A stretch of DNA of 41,683 nt from Phoronis australis (Eukaryota; Animalia; Phoronida): contig NMRA01000241.1 of NCBI GenBank assembly GCA_002633005.1, positions 569,304 through 610,986 of the forward strand. The letters are read 5' to 3'. The notes below the pieces were generated by a model. The model was not told the origin of the DNA. It did not search any database and saw nothing but the letters and a program-made list of their open reading frames with translations. The position numbers and the translations under genes are program-made. Numbering within the stretch: the first letter of the stretch is position 1; each line of letters begins with the position of its first letter. This document shows positions 1 through 10,167 of this stretch, piece by piece.

Positions 1-309
1 ACCATCATTCTTAATTTTGCGTAAAAACCTCTGCAGCTGTCCTTCTCTAGTTAGTGTAGGATCTGCTTTGACACGTCTAAACTTCGATACATCACTCAAA
101 ATTTCATTCAAAGAATTGACATAATCATTGCGATCTAAAATGACTACACCATTTCCCTTATCGGGTCTAATTATCACTAGGTTTTCGTTTCTTCGCAGTT
201 CCTTGATCGCCTTAAACTTTCTCAAATCACTCCAAGATGGTCTGTATGACGACACATATGTTGATGCCAATCTTGTTAAATCAGCCTTCAGTTCAGTCTC
301 TTTAGTAAG
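1..309 (-). mobile_element. Penelope-like retroelement (PLE) ORF fragment, region just N-terminal of the RT core; continues off the window edge
   Basis: An open minus frame (no ATG, so absent from the ORF track) reads LTKETELKADLTRLASTYVSSYRPSWSDLRKFKAIKELRRNENLVIIRPDKGNGVVILDRNDYVNSLNEILSDVSKFRRVKADPTLTREGQLQRFLRKIKNDG. It has the PLE DKG motif (RPDKGNGVVILD..DY) followed by DPT. Confidence 0.85.
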
Positions 310-346
310 GTTCAGAACTTAAGTTAAACTGGAATTGAGGGCCTAA

Positions 347-446
347 AGACCTGACTCCAGGTTCAAACAGTGTGCCCCAGTGCAGGGACTCGAACACATG
401 TCCTAGTATACTCATATCTAGCTTACTAAGCCACACTGCCTCCTCT
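347..446 (-). mobile_element. tRNA-derived SINE-like fragment (copy 1)
   Basis: Reverse complement reads AGAGGAGGCAGTGTGGCTTAGT (A-box-like) ... GTTCGAGTCC (B box) ... GAGTCAGGTCT. The same head and tail occur at 4920-5023. Confidence 0.6.
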
Positions 447-2680
447 GTTATGGTTAGAAAACATGCGCGCACCCAGGGGTGCCCCTCATTTGGCAAAGTG
501 GGCAAAATGGTCCGCCTCAGATCAACAAAAATTCCCAAAAAGTAGAAAACGAGACACAAGTCCACTAAAAATGCAGGAATTCGGCAAATGCACAATTCAT
601 AGCTCTGAAAGTCCACATTCCCAAAACTTCACGCCCTCCTATTTTTAGGTTATATAATGGGGAGGGGCCTAAATCAAAAGTAATGTTTACAGAAGTGTTA
701 ACTGAAGTAACACCTTTTTAGTGGGTGATAATCTTATAGTAACGGATTTGAAAGTGTTGTGAAAAAATAATTACAAAGCAGGCAAAAGTTGATGACAATT
801 TTATCAATGTGTCTGGAAGCATCAAGCACGTTCTACTTCTTAAAGCGGCACGTACGCTAAAACGAAGATCTTTACGTAAAACGTATGTCTCTCAGTCCAC
901 AAAATCATCTGATCGCGAAAACCGATGACTTTTAAGCCAGTCTCATAAAAATGAGCCAAAAGAAACAGACGACCAGGGTAATGGAAATTTTGAAAATTAG
1001 GTGCTGAAAAATATATTGACAAGTACCGGACACATAGGAAGCGTTCCTGTGACTCGCAAAGATTTGTGTAATCTCGTGTTTCTCGTAAGATACCTGTTCT
1101 TCGGAACGCAGCGTCGATCATGGCTGAAACTCCATAGCGGAATTCTGTGACAATATGTACCCGGTCCTTGTACTCTAACAGGACCCGACTTAAGCAATAA
1201 CAAGTACCAGAACGGTAAAGATGTCGAGAATTTTGAGAATTGTTAGAAAAATCGGCAACAGTTGCAAGCAGCCAACATACACAATTCACCTGCTTGAGGA
1301 AAACAAAGTGGAATTCCTCATTTGTCTCGTTATTTTAAAAAAAAACTATAATCTAACGGAAACTAAGATTATAACTGCTGCAGACACCGAGATGTTGTTA
1401 AATGTTGTATTATGTAGAGATTTAGCTCATGCTCAATGAAATTCCCAAGTCTGACCTTCATTTAAGTTCTTCTTCCAACGGGGTTTGTTGGATGTGACAA
1501 AAACTTATGCTATTAGTTGACTTACAAGCAGAGCCTAACCTAAAAGCAACACCACAAATGTGAAATGAAAACACATAGCATTACAAAGGAAATTATTATT
1601 ACAGAATTGACCACATCAGCATGATAGAGAGAGATCAAACTTTGAGACAGCAAACTGTAATCATACCCAGATCAAAATTCAAGATATTATTGTTTGAAGC
1701 CCCATGCAGCCACATCTATGAGAGCCATTCATGTTTACAGGGGGCACTCCTTGTTTCGGTTCTTTAATACAGGCATTAGCGTTCCTAATTACATAAAACA
1801 CCAAGTACGAAATGGAGTTCATTGATTACCTGAACTGTCACAAACTTACATAGTTTGAAGTACAAAATTTTGACCCCACCAAATTAGGGGTGCCTGGCTA
1901 CTTTAAAGGTACGAGCACGATTCCTAAAATTATTTCTAGTGCCTGAAATTAAACTTCAGTCACGCACAATAAAAGTAATTGTGCAAGGCTCCATAGTCAT
2001 CTGGGAGATTTGATGTCATCAACCAAAACACACAAAATAATTGCACACAATAATCTAATTCTTCACATACACAGTAAAAATCAAACCATTAAGGGTGAAA
2101 ATTACAAAAATTGAGAAACCAAGTTCTTTACCACAAGAACCAAAAAAATGGAAACAAAAGCCCAGCTGCAGGCACGTGACTGACAACAGAGGGACCTACC
2201 AACAAAAACAAGATCATGCAATACTTATTTTGCACAAAAAATTATTGACAATAGGGGTATTTCCATTTTCCAAAGGCTCATTATCATTCTACACAGGGTG
2301 GAAACTTTGCCAATTGCTATACAGTTCAATCCAAGCCAATCATAGTCTAAAATTTCTTAAATCTTAATTTTCAGGTAGAATTTCAGTTGTGATTCATATT
2401 GTGCACTAAAAAGATTTACCCAATACATGAACCCTAACACCCCATAACAACTGAGTGCATGAGAACTTCGCCAAAATACTAGAAGTCTACTGAAACACAA
2501 TTTTGTAATTGGTGTAAAATCTCATAGATTTCGGTCAAGAACTAAGGCCAAAAAAGATCTTTTCAAATTATAAAGGCTCCTAACATTATTATGAATTTCA
2601 GCAATTTCTCAAAACTTTCTCTGATGATACATAGGGTAAAGCAGTCATTTTGTGCTACTTACTGTAACAACATGGAAACT

Positions 2681-3100
2681 AACAAGAGCAACGCGGAGCG
2701 TTGAAATGCGCCAACGAATGCATCGCAAATGGTGTGCTTTTAGGGTTCATTATTTATATCATAAAAATGGCCACTAGGTGGGGCAAACTACATTGAATCC
2801 AGCCAAAAACCGGACGACAGCGTCCTTTCACTAATAGGTGCCAATATACCAAATTTTATGAAAATCCGATGAGGACTTTTGAAGATACAGAGGTAAACGT
2901 AAAAAACTAAAATTGCCACTAGGGGGCACAGTGGTGGTGGGATCCGTCCGAAAGTTCGCTCGTGCCGTCCCATCCATAGTAGGTACACATGTGCAAAATT
3001 TCGTGAAGATACGTCAAGGCATTTTAGAGATACAGCAGCAGACGCCGGATGGAGATGACTGCATAATGCGTCCACATATAAATATGTGGGCGCATAAAAA
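2681..3100 (-). mobile_element. Non-autonomous Helentron-type element (HINE/DINE-1-like)
   Basis: The minus strand starts TTTTTATGCGCCC with an adjacent inverted repeat (CCACATAT-AA-ATATGTGG). It ends with a subterminal IR (GGCGCAT), a hairpin (CAACGC-TCC-GCGTTG) and CTCTTGTT, which is the HINE architecture. Confidence 0.65.
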
Positions 3101-3352
3101 TGCATTCCATATTTCTGAAACTTCCAGGTCTTTTAAAATTTATAGTACACAAAAAATCACTTCATGAGTCAATTTCTGACGGCCAATTTTTTTCTGCCTT
3201 ATTTTGGCTGAAAATGACTGTCATGACTCATAATGTACTGATGCCAGCAGGTTTGTTTACACTTAATTAAACAATAACTATAGGAATAGTGTATAGTTTT
3301 CCATTTTATTACCTTTCTGGTAAAATACCAGTCATTCCAAGCCATGAAGGGC

Positions 3353-3448
3353 TGCTTATGAAATTAACTTGTACTTAACTACCACGACAGGGAACTCTGC
3401 TTATGACAGTCAAATTAACTTGTACTTGACCACCATGATGGGGAACTT
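3353..3448. repeat. Two-copy ~46-51 bp tandem duplication downstream of the SLC25A42 stop
   Basis: CTGCTTATGA..AAATTAACTTGTACTT..ACCA.GA..GGGAACT occurs twice in tandem. Confidence 0.6.
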
Positions 3449-4160
3449 CACTAACACTCAGCTGTCACGAAAGAGAATAACTAGTCATTTTTGGCATGAT
3501 CTATGCCTAATGTCTTACATTTTGGAAGAGTACCAAGCATGACACGTTCATACTTCCTGGCCAGCTGACCAATTAGTGAACACTGGCTCATACAAGCTGT
3601 TTACATTACTGCTGGCTAACTTGTCAATATTTATCATTGTCACTTATAGGGGTCACGCATTTTCTGAACCAGTTTCTCCACTGAATAACGCATAAAACTC
3701 GTTTTAAATATGCAGGATCCGTAAGGGTGACTATTGCTTTTGAATGAACATTTCCCCCAAGGAAAATCATAGGTCTTGATCATTGAAGAAAGTGACATAC
3801 ACAATGAATTTTGTCAACAATTTACACGTACTTACACCACAAAATATAAAATTGAGCATTGCCATTAACACATAAAAGGATACGAAACCCTGTTTTGCTG
3901 TTTTTCATCAACATCAATCCAGTCACTAACTATTGTAAACTTGCACTTTGTACAGAGGTTAAACCATAATTCAGCTACAACAATTTCCGAGTTTAGTATC
4001 CTTCTAACAGTCACACAAGTTGCACTTTTAGCTGCAAAGAGACAAATTCTTGTGAAACACTGGTGAAGCCATCAGCGCATTGCAATAACAACTGCAGAGC
4101 CACTTGACATAAATCAATCTGTCTCCACATACTCTATTCACCTACACTGGCCTTTGCTGA

Positions 4161-4360
4161 TCAGTCAATGTGGAAGAATGTTAATTTCCTGAGTTGCATT
4201 ACTATAATGTCGAACGTGGTGAAACTGATGCCAACTGCAATAGGACCTTTTATCCAGTTCATGCTAAGACCCTTGTACAATGCCATGAATCCCTCTGTTT
4301 TCAACACGTACACTACCGTGCTGTATATGGACCTGTACTCATAGTTGAGTCCTGTCACAC
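4161..4360 (-). CDS. SLC25A42: Mitochondrial coenzyme A transporter, last coding exon (7 of 7)
   Basis: Acceptor tctcctcccctAG|GT GTG. Encodes (G)[65 protein letters not shown]. [24 protein letters not shown] is characteristic of SLC25A42. Confidence 0.95.
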
Positions 4361-4642
4361 CTAGGGGAGGAGAAAAACAACACTTTACATTCCATTCTAC
4401 AAAATGCATTAACACTACAGTAAGCAATGTCACACAACCTTCAACTTATTGCACTACAGCCAAGGAAAATAGTCTCTTGCGTATTGTTACAGAAATGGAT
4501 TAGGTTCAACAAAACTAGTTTATAGCTGTAAGTCTTGAAGGCATACTTGATTGTTTTGGTATCTACAACAGAATTATGTATATGTAGTTGCACCGAGAAG
4601 TTTGGACAAAATCCTCTCTATTAAGTCTGCTTGGATTTCAGT

Positions 4643-4872
4643 GGTCCCGGTAGCTCCGTGGACTAGGGCATCTGCATGGTTAGTAGAAAGCCCAGGATTC
4701 AAACCCCAGTCAAGGCATCCATCTTTTCAGATGTAACTTTAGCTGATGTGACCAACAGGTGGCGTGTACGAACACTAATAATTCTTACTTATTACTATAG
4801 CAGCATGCAAGTCCAATCCTTGGCCACATGAGGGATTGGAAACTAAGGCTTTTAATGTTGTGACATACTGCA
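4643..4872 (+). mobile_element. tRNA-like repeat, either a SINE head or a partial tRNA-containing TRIM (Helenus-like)
   Basis: A box TAGCTCCGTGG and B box GGATTCAAACC, then ...CTGATGTGACCA, a TGG-containing PBS-like segment (GGTGGCG), a purine-rich GAGGGATTGGAAA and TGTGACAT. Confidence 0.45.
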
Positions 4873-4919
4873 TCCCTGTGTTAAAAATTCATGCACAGAT
4901 TTTTATAGAAATGTGTATA

Positions 4920-5023
4920 AGAGGAGGCAGTGTGGCCTAGAGTGATAAATGTCCACTTCCTTTACTCAACGTCATGGGTTCGAGTCTCACTGGGGGAAGT
5001 CGATAGACCCTTGAGTCAGGTCT
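4920..5023 (+). mobile_element. tRNA-derived SINE-like fragment (copy 2)
   Basis: AGAGGAGGCAGTGTGGCCTAGAG ... GGTTCGAGTCTC ... GAGTCAGGTCT, homologous to 347-446. Confidence 0.6.
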
Positions 5024-5236
5024 CAAGTTTCTCAGATCAGTTTAACTAAATATTAATAAAGCATAAAAATGGTTTCAGGTGATCAGTGCAATGTATCCAT
5101 CTGTGCAGGCAGAGCACATCTGATACAACATGTGTCAAACTGCCTGCAAATATTTTTACATAGAAACATGTGCCAAAGGAGTAACATTTTGAAAGTCAAA
5201 CACTTATGACATTCCCAGAAATAAGAGAATTCGTAC

Positions 5237-5359
5237 CTGCAGTTTGCATACGTCTTCGAACAATGTCCAGGGGATATGACGATGTTTGACCAAACAGTCC
5301 AGAGATAGCACCAAAACACATGCGCTCGTATGGCTTTGGCTCACGACCATTGTTGAGGT
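5237..5359 (-). CDS. SLC25A42: SLC25A42 coding exon 6
   Basis: AG|..|GT boundaries, 123 nt. Encodes (D)[40 protein letters not shown](G), with the third carrier signature [10 protein letters not shown]. Confidence 0.95.
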
Positions 5360-5774
5360 CTATGATAGGAAAACAAAATAATTTTCAGACCCAGTGTTTA
5401 TCCAACTACCGAAGTATCAAGATGAAATGTGCAGAGTAGATCTGAATGTTTCAGATGTGTCAACAGCAGCATGCAGAGCACACACAGAAAATAATCAGCC
5501 ATAATGTCCCAGAATTCACAGTTACATTGAGTTGACACTGTGGACCTTCAGACGGTGAGTTCCTGTACAATTTGTCTAGAGGCAACTTTTTTATCAGCCA
5601 AGGGACATTTTGGGATTGGTAAGATAAATGAAGGGAAGTGATTTTTTAAAAATGTTTTTCAATGGGGAATGAGGCTGATATTCATCGCCTAAATAGAGAA
5701 AGACGATACCATCTATAGGCAAGAAATGGGTTGCAACATGCAGTGAAAGTATGCTGTGGCAGTGTAGTTTTCTG

Positions 5775-6001
5775 TAAAACATTAAACAAGAGTGGAAATG
5801 GTGGACATTTGTAAAATATTAATCAAGAGTGCAAATGGTAGACATTTGTAACATTAAACAAGAGTGGAAATGGTGGACATTTGTAAAACATTAAACAAGA
5901 GTGAAAATGGTAGACATATGTAAAACATTAATCAAGAGTGGAAATGGTAGACATTTGTAAAACATTAATCAAGAGTTGAAATGGTAGACATTTGTAAAAC
6001 A
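5775..6001. repeat. Minisatellite, ~37-bp unit, ~6 copies
   Basis: The unit TAAAACATTAA(A/T)CAAGAGTGGAAATGGT(A/G)GACATTTG repeats in tandem. Confidence 0.9.
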
Positions 6002-6370
6002 AACTCACATCCGAGAATGATTCTGGTGACTAGAATGAAGATTTTACCCACAATTAATTAAACTAACCTGGGGAACAGGGCAAACCCCCTACATCGTACA
6101 TCCAAGTATGGAGATGCAGCTAAATGTTGGCATATTCTATTTACTGCTTTTTGGGAAACCAAACTCGTGATTGTGTTATACAGTTTCATCAAGGAAGATT
6201 TAAAGTGATAATCTCTTACTTGTGTGTTAAGCCATGCTGGCCACTTGAAAATGATTCACAGTGGAAAGTAAAAATATTTAAGTTGACCAACTGTTGACAC
6301 ATTATTTCTGAAATACCAGAGGTTGGGACAGGTACAATAATTGATAAAGTAACTTAAGATATATTTTTAA

Positions 6371-7333
6371 ACAGTACACACCATGGATTTTTGCACATTT
6401 TAAATTACCGGTGGCCACAGACTAAATGTATGACGTAAAATTTAGCTAAACCCATATTTATTTTGTGTAATTAGCTCGAAGTTTTGATTTTTCTTTCAAT
6501 TTTGCCAATTTTCACATTTCCCGCCATGTGACGTCATGGGTTGAACACAAGAGATCAGTGACTAGCATTGATCAATGGCGGAGAGCGGGGAATTTGAAAG
6601 TGACGACGATTATGAGCAAGAATTGAACGAATACTATGAAGAAACGTACTGGAATGATGGCCAGGATGAGGAAATGGGGTTGCACGAAAGCGAGAACAAG
6701 TTTAATGTGCTCCCGGCTGCGTACTTTTCTACTTTGAGCCTTGTGAACTGGATCCTCTCGCGAGAGAAGCGGCCTCGGGCTCGGCGAGTCAACCCAGTCA
6801 TCCAACAGACGATCCTGAATTAAGAGCTGATGTTTCTGAATGATAAGTATTGTCCTTTATTGAACCAGGCCTTCATCGTAATGTCTCCTGTGACTGGAGT
6901 CGAAACACAAGTCCTCAAAGTGGGCAGAACACAGAGTGGCCCCGGACCGAATCGTTTGGTCCACGATGACGTCCCACACTCTCGTTCGGCGCACGAAGCC
7001 ATGCCACTTCTGCGCAACTTTGGTGTCCTTCGGAAAATCGAGACGTTTTCCGCCTGGCTGCTGTTGCTGCAGCCTCCGGAAACACATCTTTTGATCCCTC
7101 TACGAACCTTCTCGATGCTCAATATACTTTGCTTTCTCTTCGTTCTATACACTTTGTCTCTGATCCGAACAGTATGGCGAACGACTTGGGTTCAACCCAT
7201 GACGTTGTACATAACTATTATTTTTTTCAATTTTTGCGTGTTTCTTTATGAGCTGTGCACTAAAGGCACTGAAATCAAGTAAGATATAATAATAAAATTT
7301 ATTTTGAGGTACTAGAGTCATGTTGTGTACACT
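6371..7333. mobile_element. Non-autonomous Kolobok-like DNA transposon with a THAP stub (-) and an acidic second-ORF stub (+)
   Basis: TTAA at 6367-6370 and 7334-7337, with imperfect TIRs ACAGTACACACCATG / AGTGTACACAACATG. The minus strand carries a frameshifted THAP domain (RCVSGGCSN..FPKDTKVAQKW..LCSAHFEDLCF). The plus strand reads MAESGEFESDDD..FYFEP..RADVSE. Confidence 0.75.
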
Positions 7334-7435
7334 TTAAAGACATCAGCAGCAGATGAAGTATAAACATTCATTCACTTGCATGCATGGAAATGTTCAGCAT
7401 AACGCACTCGCTCTGGAAAATTGAGGGAATACATA

Positions 7436-7493
7436 GTGCTCCTGCCAAGGGATGGCTACAGAATTGTGCTCCTGCCAAGGGATGGCTACAGAA
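7436..7493. repeat. Two-copy 28-bp direct repeat (period 30)
   Basis: GTGCTCCTGCCAAGGGATGGCTACAGAA occurs twice. Confidence 0.85.
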
Positions 7494-7702
7494 CTCTGCC
7501 TAAACTGCAAATGACCTCTTACAACAGATTTGCCAATTCAGATTTTCAAAAAATCTCTAAAATGCAATCTCTTTCACTAACAGTATCTTGAGCAACTCAA
7601 ATTCAAATTTGATCATGAATAAAAAGTTCATTAATCTACTTGACATAAGAGCAATTTTTACTAGTGGCAGAACTTACTGACATATGCGACTAACATCACA
7701 AG

Positions 7703-7851
7703 TAGTCTTACTGGAATGTTTAGCATGACGTCACTTTGACATCATTATGATGTTTTGGACCCAGTGTGACTGCATGTCTATTCTTATTTCCAGGTCCACA
7801 TTGCGACATCTATTGCCATGACACGTCATCACTAAACATCCGAACTGGCTA
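7703..7851. mobile_element. Small palindromic MITE-like element with TAG..CTA ends
   Basis: Left arm TAGTCTTACTGGAATGTTTAGCATGACGT versus right-arm reverse complement TAGCCAGTTCGGATGTTTAGTGATGACGT. No clear TSD. Confidence 0.3.
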
Positions 7852-8543
7852 AGTGCCAGTTTGATATAACTTCATTTGTGCGTTTTCTGCGTAGTGACAC
7901 CATTTGATGTAGTTTAAAACTGACCGTGTAAGACAGATGGTTACGTTATGACAAGGATCTACTTATATGTTAAAAGGTATATTGATAAGGTACTCCATGC
8001 ATTACAACTGCAAGACATATGCTAAAGAGGCCTGGAATGCCATAAACAGAGTAAATTGCAATATTGAAAGTGGTTCTTTGTCACTGAAACACAATTCAAC
8101 TTGCATGCCAGATATTTTTAGGGTTTGTCCGTAAAGATTTTTAATGTCTGTTGATATCAAAGCATTTTATTTTAGTTTCAAATTTCAAAAAAATGATCAG
8201 TCAACTGTTCGCCACTACGTCGATTTTTCTCCCACAAGGCAAAGCACATCTTCTTATTTGGTATGGCAAGACATAGACATAGCACATTTCCCTTATATGG
8301 AAACTGTGACCTTTGACCTCAAGTGACTTCAAACAACTGAGAGTGAGGGCAAGGGAGAAAAATTAGAAACTCTGTGGTAACCAGTGTTTTTCCTTCGCGC
8401 GTATTTCAGAAATTGTGAATGTTGTGATTTTTGCTGAAAATTTCCTCACACGGGAATTGAATTACTCTGCACTAGATGTTGCGAGATGGTACTTTTGTCA
8501 GAAATTATTGAAAAGATATTTTTGACAAGCTTTCACATTCCAT

Positions 8544-9039
8544 CAGGGCTTGGAATGACCAATGGCAAAAAATGCGGAAAGTTTTATGGCCCAAATTATG
8601 CGCGCTACCCTTGAAATGGTCGATGTGAACCTTTCCCCAACAAAAGTCGGGAGGACTACAAAAAAAAACCGTTACCACCATCAGTAGCATGCGTCTGCGT
8701 CCTTTTAGCTCGTCCGTCCACTCCCAACCCACACATTTTTGGCTGCAGAGCCGTAGTATTTGTCGCCGCGGTTTACAATAACATGAGACGCCATTGAAAA
8801 TCCCACCACGCTATCCCAGATGCCCCGGCAATGTTGACAATTTACGTTCCTCCGAAACATAAAGAGCAACTTCCGCTTTTCGAGGTGAACGTCGTCTGCA
8901 ACGCCGCGGTAAGAAAGGAATTTGCCGCAGAAATTTTATATCAAATCCGATTTTTTTACGCAGAAATGTAATAAAATGCGCGGACAGAACATTTGAAAAA
9001 AGCGGAAATCCGCGTTTCCGCGGAAAATTCCAAGCCCTG
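8544..9039. mobile_element. MITE with 13-bp TIRs and a 5-bp TSD (hAT5-like)
   Basis: CAGGGCTTGGAAT ... ATTCCAAGCCCTG, with TCCAT on both flanks (8539-8543 and 9040-9044). Confidence 0.75.
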
Positions 9040-9101
9040 TCCATGCCTATTCAAAAGGTGCATTGATTAGGTAATCCATGCATTACAACTGCAAGACTTA
9101 C

Positions 9102-9253
9102 CGGAGAATACCTTCTTACAAGTTTCATACGTGAAGAAGCTCATGCCGGAATAAGGAATGGAGCCGAGAATCGTTGGCACAAACCCCCTGTACAGAGTTC
9201 GTATGCCCTCTGTGCGGTATATTTTTAGAAAGACCTGAATTAGATTGCTATAC
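9102..9253 (-). CDS. SLC25A42: SLC25A42 coding exon 5
   Basis: tttgtAG|G TAT ... TCC G|GTAAGT, 152 nt. Encodes [50 protein letters not shown]. Confidence 0.95.
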
Positions 9254-10050
9254 CTACAAAGAGAAAGCAAGCAAAGTAGAATCTTCACAAGTGTGGGCTC
9301 TGTTTCTTGAAAGTGACTTAAGACTTAAGGTGTTGCACTACCACTTGCCAATTATTGAATAAAGGTTTAGCCAAGTAATTACCAGCTTATCACAGTCTAG
9401 AACTAATTTATAAACATTATCTCTGTAACTAGCAGTTATGTATATATTCTCAGAGAATTTACTTTTGCTTCAGATTTAATTATTTTTCAGAAATAGTTAT
9501 ATGGAGCACAAGTCAGACCAAATTTCTTGTCAGTCTTAATTCACTTTTCATGTAACAGACCCCTGGTTTTGCATTTTTGTGAGACAATTGACCATAGTTT
9601 CAGTATGATACAACAATACAAGTCCAATATGTGATTGAAGCAGCAATATCAGAGATGGCGTCAGTCAATGTGATTCACACTCTGGAATGCTTGTAAACAA
9701 AAGGGCAAGAGTTTTATTAATTTCAGGAAGCCATAATTCAAGCACAATTCAGCAAGAATAAATTTAATGAGTTCAAAGTTCACAACCAAGTTTACAAGTA
9801 GGGTATTATAAGTCTAGATTGCTGTGGCATTAAATGATACTCAACTTCACCATCGTAAGGCGTGTAATTTCGTGAGAATGCTAACATGCCATATTTTGGT
9901 GCTCTAAAATATGAGTTATATTGAACAATGGATCCAAAGAAGCAGTCATTTATTTTTCTTTACCAAGATCAAATCAATTTGTAAATTCCACACCAACCAG
10001 TGGGTTACAAAATATCGCAAAGCTCTGATGAGAGCTGCTATACTACGCAC

Positions 10051-10167
10051 TGAGCTTGATTTGTGACGGCCATCCGTGCTCGGGCCATGTCCAGGGGATA
10101 GGTGCACGACACTGAAGTGACTCCAGCCAATGAGCCTGCCAGGAACCGCTTGGATGGGCTACCATAC
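10051..10167 (-). CDS. SLC25A42: SLC25A42 coding exon 4
   Basis: cctcAG|G TAT ... GCT CA|GTGCGT, 117 nt. Encodes [38 protein letters not shown], with the second carrier signature PLDMARARM. Confidence 0.95.

Noticed and set aside
840-1300. Third Kolobok-like element or 149-aa ORF
   Set aside because: TTAA|AGCGGCAC resembles a terminus, but I found no partner TIR and no convincing THAP motif.
4643-4716. Functional tRNA gene
   Set aside because: A and B boxes are present, but the acceptor and anticodon stems do not pair cleanly, so it is treated as a tRNA-derived repeat.
10021-10040. Hammerhead core CTGATGA
   Set aside because: No downstream GAAA or stems; it is a simple AGCTCT/AGAGCT hairpin.
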